From: Dimorphilus gyrociliatus
Lineage: Eukaryota; Animalia; Annelida
Direction: 5' to 3'
NCBI GenBank assembly: GCA_904063045.1
Contig: CAJFCJ010000017.1
Location: forward strand, 744,001 to 808,000
DNA: 64,000 nt
Of the stretch, positions 40,215-53,300 are shown one piece after another. The position numbers and the translations under genes were made by a program. The notes under the pieces are model-generated. The model made no database searches. It saw nothing but the letters and a program-made list of their open reading frames with translations, and was not told the origin of the DNA. Every line of letters begins with the position of its first letter. Position 1 is the stretch's first letter.

Positions 40215-43200
40215 ATGGCTCGAGTTAAACGTAAAGTTATTAATACAACTCATACAATAGCTGATCATAACAAGGATAAATTAAAAGAGTCAGTTTTTAA
40301 TTGTTTCTTGGTTTAACTTGCATTATCGCTCGTATATAAAACAGTTTAAGAATTACCAATAAAGATGAAAATTGGAATAATCATCTGCTGTTTAGTATCG
40401 GTTCCTTCTGTATAGCTTTGTCAGTATATGTACGAACTGTTTATCCGTCTATACCAGGAGGAGATTCGGGTTAGATTTGAGATAAACTGCACAATATTTT
40501 CTCCAGCACATTTCTTTTCAACACATCTCTTTTCTTGTATTGTTATTAAATTTGAAATTCGTTAGCAAATAATACACATACCTAGCTATAATGTGAATGA
40601 AATTCTTGATTACATATAATTAAACTTATTAACCGTTCTAGAAGTCTTTTTTTTTTAGATTAATACTGACACTAAACAATTCATAAATACACATAAAATA
40701 TACTGATTATTTCAGGTGATATCATAATGAGCGGTTTCGAATTGGGAGTACGTGAATAATATCTGTTACATCTAATTTTGTCACAAATTTTTTTATTAAA
40801 CGTATCTTATTCAAGGTCGCTCATCCGCCTGGTTATCCTCTTATGACACTACTTTGTTACTTTATAAACAAAGTAATACCTTACGGTAATCCTGCCTGGA
40901 GGGTCAATATCCTAAATGCTGTAATAGCAGCTTCGGCCTCAAGTCTTTTAACTTTTTTAGTGTTGAGGTGAATATTTCTTTTTAACAAAAAGGATAACTT
41001 GAACGTTAATGTTTAATATTAATATACATTCAAGCTGTTTTTTTTAACAGAAAAACAAACTGCTATTATTCAAGCTTTATTGCTTTTTTGTTATTTTCTT
41101 TCAACCGTATAACTTGGTTATGGTCTATAACAGCTGAAGTATTTGCTCTAAATAATTTCTTCGTATGCATCCTATTCTATTCTTTATTTGTATTCAATTT
41201 GAAAAAAGATAAAGACGAAATATATCAAGTAAGAATAAACAACTATTGTCACCGTCCTTCGCCCCCTTATAAATATTTTTATATACATTTATACAGTATA
41301 TAAGTGTGTATACTATACTTCTTCAATAGGTTGCGAGAGTTGGAGCTTTTATATGCGGACTTTCATTATGCAATCAACATACTATTGTTATTTATGTTGC
41401 TTGTGCTGGATTTTGGGTCTTCAGTACACTTTTAAAATTAAAAGTATACCTTTAATTACAGATAGAACTATAAATATAACGTTACATTTTCTCCAGTTTA
41501 CAGTCGGTGAACTTACTATTGTTAGCCTTTGGGGGATTATAGGCCTACTACCATACGTTTATTTACCATTAAGCGATTATTTAAGTAACGCCAGATGGTC
41601 ATGGGGCAACTGTTCAACGATTAAAGGATTTTTAATTCATATATTCCGATATGAATATGGTACTTTTAGTTTGGCAAGTAGAATGAAATATTTTTTTCTT
41701 AGCTCGTAATATCGTAGTCCATTGTAAAATCCTTCCTTCCTGTTAAATAGGCTAAAAAAGGAAAAGATGCAACACTTGTAAAACATTTAAAGTAAACAAC
41801 CTTGACATTTCAAATCTATTTTAAAATATTATTACATTTTCCTCTTTAATTAATTAACTAATACGATAATTTTTATTTCTTTCAACTAATTAGCATAGTT
41901 TTATTAGTTTAATTAAGAGAATTTCAACGATTACAACATTAATTGTATATTTAATAATTACGGTGTTGGGTTTTAAGTCTGCTCTCTTCAAGTAAGACTA
42001 TTTATGGCACTTAAAACAGCAATTTTTTTTAGATATTACGTAATACATTTCTGGAGAGATGCCAAACCTCCTTTTTTCTTCTTAGGAATTCTTGGTATAT
42101 CTATTTCACTTAGAAAGTTTGTTATATTATTATATAATATATATAATTGAAATACGGTTAAAACTGAAAAAAACAACAACAACAACAGAAGTATAAAGGA
42201 CAGGAAGCTCAACTCGGATGGATTGTTAATTATCATGATTTTCACATATCAGATATTCTTTTCATGGAGAGCTAATTTAGATGTTGAAAATGACTTGTAC
42301 TTAGGCGTGGTTGGTTGAAATTGCTTATTTTTAAATGTTGATTAAATATTTTCATATTAATGTAACTTTTTCAACAGATTGAAAGATTTTATATGCAAAC
42401 TGATATAGGAGTAATTATCTTCGTTGCAACCGGATATAAAGATTTAATCTTGTAGTTATATTAATATTTATATAGACTTGTGTATTTTACCTTTTTTTGT
42501 TATTACAGATATTTCAAAAAGTATTTAAATAATACTATTATATATATATTTAAAGCGATTTCAATACTATTACTTCTCTTTTGGCAAGGAGTAAACATTT
42601 TTTTACTATCTTATTCTTTTAGTTAATGAATATTCATAAGCGTTTCTATTTTCTTCAATAGAAAAATTTTGACCTCTGCAACTTCTCTAATACATCAGTT
42701 GTTACTGATTATGCTAAACTAGTGATGGATACAATACCTCACAATTCAACAATTTTTACTCACGGAGATCTATCCGCAACAACTATCCCTTATCTACAGT
42801 TATGTGAAAATTATAGGCCTGATTTAAAAATTATAGATATGGAAGTAGGAATAATTCATTTACCTATTGTTTTCTAATTGTTTATGAACGATTACACAAA
42901 TACTTTCTTTACCTCCCCTTTAATTCATATAAACAAATAGCTGATGACCTATAACTGGAGCGTTCCGAGATTGAAAAACACAATCAAGTCTTTAGAATTT
43001 CCTGCTGAACAATGGCATCTTAGAGACACAGAGACAACTTTTACATTGAACAGATTTTTGAAAGTGAACATTTTTGAAAAGTAATTGTTGCGTTAAAATT
43101 AAAGTGTCTATTTTTAATGATTGATTTTATCTATGACACAGAGAAACTACACCAGGTGTCTACGTTTGTATCGGAGCCCATCAGGAGGAGATATCCTATC

Positions 43201-43921
43201 AAAAGTCTTTCTTTTTACTACCTATTGGTGTATGCCACCAATTTTATCCAAAAGACAATGATATTTCTCTTGTCTCCTACATTCAGAAATATGGATATCT
43301 ATACGATTCGTGGCCATATTCGTACGATTCAAAGTTTGTTGTTGAAAATTAATTAAACTCATTTAAAACAATCTATATACTGTATGTATTACTTAGATTC
43401 GATCCTAAATCATGGGAGTATATAGCCAATAGGATAATTTGGGATGCAAAGTATAATATCTTCTTTTAATCTTTATATTTTCATCTTTATATTTTTTTCT
43501 TTGTGAAGAATTAACGCTGCTATTTTCCTCTTCAACTTTGCATCTACGTCAAAACATAATGAAATGAAAGAGAAGGGCTACTATTCAAGTTGGAAGGTAG
43601 ATAATTCTGTTAAAAATAGCCACTATTCAAGTTGCTATATAAAAATTCTGTCGATAAGAGTATTGTATATATTTTTAGATATATAACCATCACATAAAAA
43701 AATACGAAAGGAAGCAACCTTTTCCAGTTTTCTGGATGAAAAATTACGCTTTAGCAAGCTTTTGGCTATATCGTCAAGGGCATGTAGAGGTTGATGGAAT
43801 AAATCTAATTTTAGAATCAATTCAATATTTCCAATCCTATTTAAACACTGAAGAAGGTAGAAGAGATAAAGAATTTTATAATATTTCTAATCTTGTCAAG
43901 AGTTTAAAAGCAAATTTATAA
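40215..43921 (+). CDS. TMEM260: TMEM260 (GT-C fold protein O-mannosyltransferase family), multi-exon
   Basis: [68 protein letters not shown] and [17 protein letters not shown]. First exon inferred (ATG 40215, donor gtcagt). Stop at 43919-43921. Confidence 0.9.
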
Positions 43922-44383
43922 GTACTTATATAAATTTATTATTAACTTAACAATAAATAGTATTAAAAAAAGATAAATCTTTGTTAATAAGAACAAAATT
44001 AAACGATAATGAGGACAAAAAAGACAAAGAATAAAACTAAAATGAAACTCTTCTTACTCAATTGTTTTGTTTTTTTTGTTATTTCTTTCTTTTATGTGAA
44101 TTTCTAAAGTTGATTAAAATATAAAGTACAATTTCTTCCCTTTAATAATAAAACTATTTACATCTTTTAAGTAAATCTTGTGCCAAAAGAGCCAAAAAAG
44201 AAACAAGACATGGCTTTTAAAAAATAACAGAGAAAAAGAAATTAAAACTAACAGTGATTGTACATTTTGTTTTTGGTTTTTTTTTTTTAAAAAGTACTTT
44301 TACACCATTTATTAGCACTTCGTGGAAAAAGATCAAGTAGAAAGGAGTGTATTCCAGACTTTCTTCAGGTTATTAAAACATTA

Positions 44384-47300
44384 TCAGACTGTACTTTCGT
44401 GCCGGTACTAAAACGTAAAAAAAAAGAATAAAATTATCCTTTGTTGGTCATTAATTTCAATTATAAATAATACATACCTCAGCACTTTGGGGCTTATCAA
44501 TAGCAAAATGAGGTTTTGAAATTCTAGTTCCACCTTCAGTTATGATACTCTCATCGAAGAAGCTAGAATTTCTCGATTGATGGCGTGATGACGGTCTTAA
44601 TAGATTATCCACACTGAGATTGAAATCTCCCGATTCGAAACTTGAATTTAATGATTTTACTTCGTATTCTTGGATAAGTCTATTTACATCTTCATCAACG
44701 TCACTCATTTCCGATAAAGCCAATTCTTCGCCATCCGTTTCCGTGTCAGTACAAGTCGTAGTGCCGGTATCGTGTTCGAATTGCTCCATTAAGTATGGAA
44801 TTTTAGAGGCGTCCAAACCGACTTTCAAGGCTTCTATAGTAGCGTACTGACCTCTATCTTTCCACCAACGTCTCATCATTTGTTGTACCTGATTTGGCAA
44901 ATAACCGGACCATTTCATGCGAATTTCTTGAATCATTCTCCTTGTCGAAGCTTCAGGTTGACGTTGAGCGAATAATGAGTAAGCCAAATCTTGCCAGTTT
45001 GAACCAACTTTGAAGAAGATTCTTCTTCCAGCAAGGTCTAATTCAGTAACAATCTTTGTCTTTCCTCTTCTCGTTTTCTTCTTTCGACGTCTTACTGCTC
45101 GTCCTCGGACAATTACCCATTGCGGAGTTAGTTTATTGTCGTCTGGTTCTGGAAGTTCAACTTTAGGCGCATTTAGTACTTCCGCTGGAATTCTTGATCT
45201 AGCTGGAATGAAAACTTCTGAACTCGTCGATTGACGGTTCAATCTGACGTCCTCTGGAATGTCATTAACCATAGTCATATACATTGTTTTTGACTTTTCA
45301 ATCGGTGGAGGGGGTCCAATTCTATCAGCAAATAGTTTGGCTGCCAGACCAAATTTTGTGTAATCTATCTCAGCAGGCTTTTGATTTTCATCTCCAATAT
45401 AAACTGGAGGTGTTGTATCATTAGTATGAGGTGTTGAAGGTTGTTTTTCAGGAAAGCCCATACGTCTAGGCATTAACGGCCTCCTAGGGAGGGAATTAAT
45501 AGGATCCAAGTCACCTCGTGATTCATCAAAACCTTCTGTATCGGCTTCGCCTTCGCTTTCAAATCTATTAGGCCTACTTCGCATTCCAATATCTCCATCT
45601 TCGTATCGTCCATGATGTCTCAAAATAGATTTTCCTGATTGATTCCCTGAATTTTGTCTGTAAATTCCACTGGGCTGCGATTCATCGTATAAACTGTCTG
45701 AATTTCTATTCATACCAGGCTCATTTTCAGATAATCCTGCAGGTGAGAAAATAAACAATAAATGATAAATTCAGTATAATTTCGTAAGAAAAAAAGAAAA
45801 CAATCATCATTTAATGTAATTTGTTACTGATAAAAAATTAATATCCGAAAGGCGTACTGAAGCACTTCATGCCGCCACAAATATTGTAAAAAAGAGGTAT
45901 ACTGCTATAATACAAATAGACTAAATGATGATAAAATAATAACAAAGATATTGAGAAAATAAAATAATATAATAAAATACAAAAATAATAAAAAATTGAT
46001 TTACACGTGGCCACAAAAAGATTTTTAATCTCTTTAAAAGGCGTGTTTCAGTGCACCTTTATTAGTTTTCTTTCTCTCGCTCTCTCTCTCACTCTCGCTC
46101 TATTTTTAATATTGTTTTATGATAATATATATTTGATTTTAGTCAACTATCATTCTCTAGGTAAATCATAATCAAGTGTGAGAATCTAGTTTAGATTATC
46201 TAGGGATAATTAGGTATTATTTTACTAACTGCTTGATTGATTTGAGGCTGTTGATCCTCTTGTTTGTTTTGGCATTTGTCGTACTTGTGTAGGATCAGGC
46301 TTTGTATTTGACCATGAATTGGCTAGCATTTTATGGTATAGAGACGCTGGAGTCTCTTTCTCTGCAGTTATTTGTTCATTATCATCTTTACTTAAAGGTC
46401 TCTCAGAAATATTACTTGTAGGTAAATCGGAATCAATATCTGTTTCTCTAACTCTTAATTTTGGTGAAGTACTTTTTAAATCTTCGTCACTTAACAAAGT
46501 CACAACGGGCAAAACTTCTCCGTATGCATCTATTAATTGACCTTTATCATTTACGGGTTGACCATAATCATTAAGTAATTGTCCTTTTTCATTAACAAAT
46601 TGGCCCCTTTCGTTTATTAATTGACCTCTGTTATTTATCATGCGACCTTGTTCGTCTACTAGGAATCCTTTTTCATTTACTAATTGACCTTTTTCATTTA
46701 TTAGTTGACCTAGTTTGTTAATCAATTGACCTTTTTCATTGATCAATCTTCCATTGTGATCTATTAATTGACCTCGGTTGTTGATTAAGTGACCTCTTTC
46801 ATCGACTGGTCTTCCGAAACCGTCGATCAGTTGTCCCTGCTCGTTTATGAGCCTGCCGAAGCTATCAACTAGCTGACCTTTTTCATTAAATAATTGGCCT
46901 CTGTCCCTATGATGGGGTTCGGTTTCTGGAATTCTAGGGTCTATTATATTACCCTTTTCATCAATTATTTGACCTATTTCATTGATCAGCTGACCCTTTT
47001 CGTTGACTAGTCTTCCTCTGTTATCTATTAACCGGCTCCTAGAATTTCTTTGGTATCCTTGATTGTTTGTGAACCTTTCATAATTTTCAAATTGATGACC
47101 TTGATCAGTTTTTAGTCTTCCGTACTCATCGATCAATTGTCCTTGATCATTTATTAGCTGTCCTTGATCATTGATCAATTGTCCTTGATCATTTATAAGT
47201 TGTCCTCTGTTATTTATCATCCGTCCTCTATCATCAATAAGAATTCCTCTCTCATTGACGAATTGTCCCCTTTCATTAATAAAGTTTTTGACTTCCCTCT

Positions 47301-50300
47301 CTGGTGACACAACATCGCTGCTGCGTCTTTTTAGGAAACTCAGAAAACCTGCTTTACGTTTTGCTTCTTTAACTGTATCAGATCGCTCAACGCTAGAGCC
47401 CATAACAGTCTTTTCTATACCGTAAGGCTGACCATCAGGAGATATAGGGACATCCTGTGCTTCAGATTTACTATCTTTCTTCTTTCGTAAAGAAGGGAAT
47501 TTGAATATTGATTTCTTTTTTGGACTGTCGTCAGGTCCGAAAGATTGTTCGGTATCATCAAAAGTTTCACTTTCTCTATCTTTAGATTTGCTTCTCTTCC
47601 TCCCCTTAAAGAAAGCAGCCATTTTAGAGGCATCCCATGATTTCTCCCTGTCTGTATCTGACAATATCTCCTCATCAGTTTTAGATCCTCTGGTAACTAT
47701 TCCTTCATCATCTGATTTTGCTTTTGATTTCCTAGTTAGTGATGGAAATCCTTTAAAAAATCCTTTACGCTCATTCGTCTTCATAATATCAGTATCTTCT
47801 TGAGCAAATTGTTCGTATGTTTTTTTGTCTTGTGGCTCGGATTTTTTCGCATAAACCGTTTCTGGATTTGTGTTTATAGCACTCGACCAAAGCGCGCTCA
47901 CTACGTGGCTGTCACTCTCCACGTAAGCTCTAGGGGATCTTATAGGCAAGTCATATACCTCATCAGCAGCTGGTGACGTATCTGATTTAGGATTTATTTG
48001 GCCCGGTACGAATTTAACTTCAGTTGGTCTATAAACTCCTCTAACAAACGTCAAGGGTACTGGTTTACGGGCTTCGCCAGTCGGCTTAGGAGGTGTTTGA
48101 TTGGTCGATTCCTCTTTAGCTCTGCGTAGCTGCTCTAATTGCCATTGTTGATCCTCTGTGGGAGATGGAGGCATTATCGGAGGTTCAATAAGCGATTCAG
48201 GTCTAGCAGAATCACTATATATGGTTTTGGACTCATATTCTTTGGGCTTGCTGAATCCTTCAGTTGGTGGATATTGTTCATGTATTTGACCGGTCTGTAA
48301 AAGAGGCTCTTCACTTTGCATAGCGAATGTTGAATCCGATTCCCTTGGAAACAGTTCAACAAGCTGTTCTTTCTCAAGCTTTGTTGGAGAACTTATCGCC
48401 TGAGGTGGAAGTGGGGGTGGATCTCTAGGTCGTCTCTTTGGACTGCCAGTTTTCTGACCTATCGGAGATATTTGAGAGGGAATTGCATTCCTTTGTAGGC
48501 TGGGCGGAGATTCACTTGCAGGTGATGAGGATTGAAGAGGTAGTGCTCTCCTATCGTCAATTTTACGAGGAATGTTTTCGATTGATTCTGATGGCTCCTC
48601 AGCCTCATAAATAGTAGGAGACATTGGAGATTGAGCAATGATAGATTTGGGCCTACCAGGTACGGTGGATTTTGGGCTATCTGGTACAATATAAAATGAG
48701 GACCTCTGCTGATCCGGAGGAGGAGGACAATTGGGTAGTGGAGGAGAAAGGGGTGAAAGGGGTGCACGCTTTCTTTTGTTTTTAGATGTTGGCCTCATAA
48801 TTTGCTCCGGAGCAGGGATATTTAATTCCTCTGAAGAGTTAACTTCGTCATCTGATTCCTCTTCAACAATACTCAGTTTTAAGTTTCTAGGCCTCTTGCT
48901 ACCAGGCTCCTCGGAGAAGTCATTTAGCTTGTATTCAACCTCACCATCACTACTAACAGAAGACGAGGACGAACTATCTGAAGATGATTGGTCAGGTTCA
49001 ATTGGGGCAACTTCTATGCGCTTATCAAGTTCTTTCTCGTCCTCCTCACTTGTTTCTCCACTTTTACTAATCAATTGTATTTCATCATCTAGATTTGTTT
49101 CCGTACATGGTTCAGCCGCTGATTGATATGCTATACCTCCAACTGCAGCTGCTACTGAAGTTGCAAGTATAGGATTGTTCTGAGCAGTTTTAGGAAATGT
49201 TTGATCTTTTTCAACTGCATCAGATTGATATTTTGGAATGTCATCAATATTTGTTTCTAAGTGGCTCGTTCTAGTATCTGGCCTTAGTGGTGAGTCTTGA
49301 GCAGCTTGTTCGTCCTTCAAAAGCCTATTTTCTTCAAAGTCATCAATATTAGTTTCAAAACCTATTTTTTTCATTTCTGAAGCTCTGTCGTCAATTAATG
49401 GCTTCTTAACATCACCACTGACAGGTTTCGTTTCACTGACCACCATCTCAATAGGAGCATTGTCTATGTCAGTTTCTACTGTATGTGTTTTCACATTTTG
49501 TTGTTCAGCTTCCCCAGCATATAGTTCAGGATTTCTTCCTGACCTTGGTTCTCTGGAAAAAACCATCGTTGGATCGTCAATATCAGTCATTAAAAATGGT
49601 TTTCTTTGCTCTTCTTCATGGTAATCAGATTCAGTCGCTTTAGGTTTATTTTCATTGATAGGCAAGTTATCAATATTGGTTTCTTCTAAAACCTTTGTGC
49701 GTGTGTCAGGCTCTTTTATCTTATCAGGCGTTCTACCAGATTTTGGTTCTTTCAAAAGTTCCTCAGGTAGCTGTCCGAATCCTTTATTTTTCTCAGTATC
49801 TTCATGAGAAACTCTTTGCTGAGCTCTTGGAACGTTTTGAGATAATTCTGACGATGAAGAAATATTCGTGGGAAAATCATCAATATTGGTCTCCATATGT
49901 TTCTGAGCACTTTCATCTATTGGCATTGAGCTAACTGGAGGATCATGTCTTCGACCAGACCTCGGTTCCTTATCGAAAACAGTTGAAAGATCGTCGATAT
50001 CAGTTTCAATATGACTTTTTGGTTGAAGGTTTGAAGAATCATCCTCTGGTCTTGACGAATTACTTTGCCAGTTATCGATATTCGTTTCTTGTGGATGATG
50101 TCCAATAGGCTGTTCTGAAAGCTTTTGAACAGCTCTTTTTCCTGATCGAGGCTCTTCAGAATATTCATCAATATTTGTCATAACTAGGCCAAGTCCTTCA
50201 GCAATCTTTTCAGTTTGTTGTTCTGAAACAGTTATTTTGGAACTAGGCATATCGTCAAGATTTGTCTCGTGGACAAAACCTGATTCCAAGATTGGTTGCA

Positions 50301-53300
50301 AATTTTCTCCTTTCACTTTATTTTCACTTCTTAGAGCCGGTTCTATATTTTCTTGAGCGATATCATCGATATTTGTTTCTAATCTATCCAACCTTTCGTC
50401 AATATTAAGTGAGGAGTTACTTGAATTGTCAGTAGATTTATTACTATTGTCTTTAGTCTCAGATATTGTTAACTTATCGGCCTGAATTTCTAGTAATTGA
50501 TTTGAATTTCTATCTATTTCAGTTATAGATAAAACTCTTTGAGGTTCATTAAAATCATCTATATTTGTCTCAATTCCAGCGTATGCTTCTGTCGAAGAAT
50601 ATTGAGTATGTGGTTGACCGAACTGTTCATAAATATTTACGTTTGTATTCCCTTGTAAACCTTGATTGTGACCTTTAATTGCTGTTTGAGAAGAATCCTG
50701 TGGTTGTGGTTTTGATTTTTCTTGCATTTGTATTTCACGTTGTAAGTAATTTGGTTTTGATTCTTCATAATCATCAATATTTGTTTCCATGTGACGTAAA
50801 TCAGTTTCTTTTGGTGTATCTATTCTTTGTACAGGATTCAACGATGCTTGATCTAAGTCTGTCTCTGTATGCATCTTTATAGATAAAATTTCACCTGCAC
50901 TTCGTTCAACGGTCAAGATTTCATCAACATCTGTGACAAAGTCTTTGTTTTTCGTTCCGTACCAATGTTGACTTTTATTTTTATCGTCTTTGCTTTCTAG
51001 TATGTAAGGATTAGATTGTGACCTATCACGCAGTGACGGTTCGTTATCTATAAGTACTTCATCGTCACTCTCATCAAGGACAGGGACCGACGAAGAACGT
51101 TTTTGTGTACTACCTTCTAAATCAGAGTTTACAGAATGTCTAGAGCTTCTTATTGGAGACCTAGAAATCGGAATGACATCCTCGACTTTGTCTAAAGAGG
51201 AGGAGCTCTTTTTTAATACCATAGAAGATGGATCGTCAACCGAAGTTTCAAGGTAGTTTAAGCCCTCAAGTGTAACACCTTGAGGAATTTCCGGTTCATA
51301 TTCTTCGCTACTGCTAAGATCGTAAGATCTTTCCGATGGGTCAGCTTTCAAACTTATAGATGTCTCATCAATATTATGGGGTCTGTCTACTTTTACACTG
51401 GTTTGTTCCCTTAATACTTCAATTTTCCTCCGTCTTTTTGGTGACCCATCTTCCAATTCTGTTAATTTAAATCCAAGAGCCTCTAATTTATTTTTAACCT
51501 CTTCCGTCTGAAGAACCCCTTCCTCGCCAAATTCTGCCTCACTTTCACTTTCCGTTACAATATCCTGAATTTCTTTAGCTGTATGAGATTCGTAGAGCCC
51601 TATTTTATCTCGTACAGATGCAATGTTTACTCTTTCCTTAAGTTTTCTTGATGACTCTGATGAAACTATTTGCTCATCTTGTTTAGCTAGCTGTTCTTTG
51701 ACTTTAATTTGATCAGCTGCCTCAATATTTTCCGATTTCGCTAAGATAAATGTTTCTCTTTGAGTTAGTTTTGTTTCCTTTATTTGAATTGGTTTACCCT
51801 TGTTTGTTTTATACTCAGCTAACAGTTTTTCAAAGTCAGTATCTAAACTCATAGTAGGTATGTTGGGTCTAGGTTCGTCAAAATTGAGTGACGGAGTTGA
51901 TTTTGCTCCTGATATTGATTCATTTTCCTCCTTTACAATTAAACTACCATCCTCTCTTGGTTTTATTATTAGTCCAAAAGTAAACTCCTCGCCTCCTAAA
52001 ACCTCACTAATTGAATCCATTTGGGATTTGTGAATTTCTGTGGAGCCATGTTCGCTCCTGGGTATAGAGACAAACTCTTTTAAAGCATCAGTGTTAACAT
52101 CAACTTTACCGAATGATTTATATGGTTTGGGTACGGCGGTGGACAAAAGAAGACGGCGATTAGCCGCTCGACGTGCATAGGGCGAAACGTACAAATCTGA
52201 TGTGGACTTTGCACGAACAGTTTGCGAAATAATCGGAGGAGGAGTCGGAGGATTATCGGAGAAAACGCTATATCTAGATATTTCGTTCTCTGAAAGCTCT
52301 CCACCAGATTCAATATTGAGGGGTGGTACAGAGAAGAATTCTCGTCTCGCGATGTCTCTATCATGCATTCTAGCCTTTATATCAGAAATATTCGAAATTG
52401 GGGCTGTTGATGATGAAGAGGACGAAAGGTTATGAATGCTTTCGGGTGTAACGATTACACGTTTTTTGCCACGCGGACTTCTAGATAATAATTCGCGAAC
52501 TTCCATATCCTCTGTCGGTGAACTACACGCAACAGGCGAAATTACACTTTTCTCATTTGAAAACTTAGCGACTTGAGATGTTATCAAGCGAACCTCATCA
52601 TCTGCTGAAATATTCGGTAAGTCATTGCTACCTTTAATTTCCAGCCGCATTCCTAAGTTTTCACTCAATGTCAACATTTCCTCCTTTTCCTCCTCCTTCT
52701 CCCTATACTGTTGTTCCAAATAATGTTGTCTCTGTCCTTGCCCACTGGGTTCTCTTTGATTGTCTTCGCCGACGTCAGTTTTTATATCTTCGGTGGACGA
52801 AGAACTACTAGATACCACTTCGATAAATTCAGCAAAACCTAACTGAGACGATTCTTTAGTAACAGTTTGTACTACATCGTTATCCTGTTTTTCGACAACT
52901 GTCTCCGCTTCAGACGATTCGCTAACAATAGAGCGTCTTGAGGCCGTTGAATCGCTACTTACGGCTCTCGTGATAACGTAACCTGTTGGAGTTCGGTTAT
53001 CGGTCGAAACAAGCCTTTGTGGCCACGCGTTATTATGCTCACCTGCTTTGGAAGACGGATTATTCACTGTCCAAACTTCATCAGGCCTATGCTTTCTTGC
53101 AGCTGCCCTAGGTCGCTGAACGGCATTTCGAAGACTAACATTAGGAGTGAGATCAGGGGAGGTAGAACCATCTTCTACTCTGATACTATCATCAGCTTTA
53201 GTTTTGCATAAAGGTGTCACAGCTTCAGTTCTTGGAGGAGTAGACGGGTGAGATACGTATCGGGGAGTCGGCGTTTTTGGAGTAGAACCAGTATAATCTT

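Noticed and set aside
46519-47283. Bacterial horizontal origin of the giant exon's hairpin repeats
   Set aside because: It is spliced in frame to metazoan-type ANK and death domains, and its base composition looks like neighbouring exons; the resemblance is only at pattern level.
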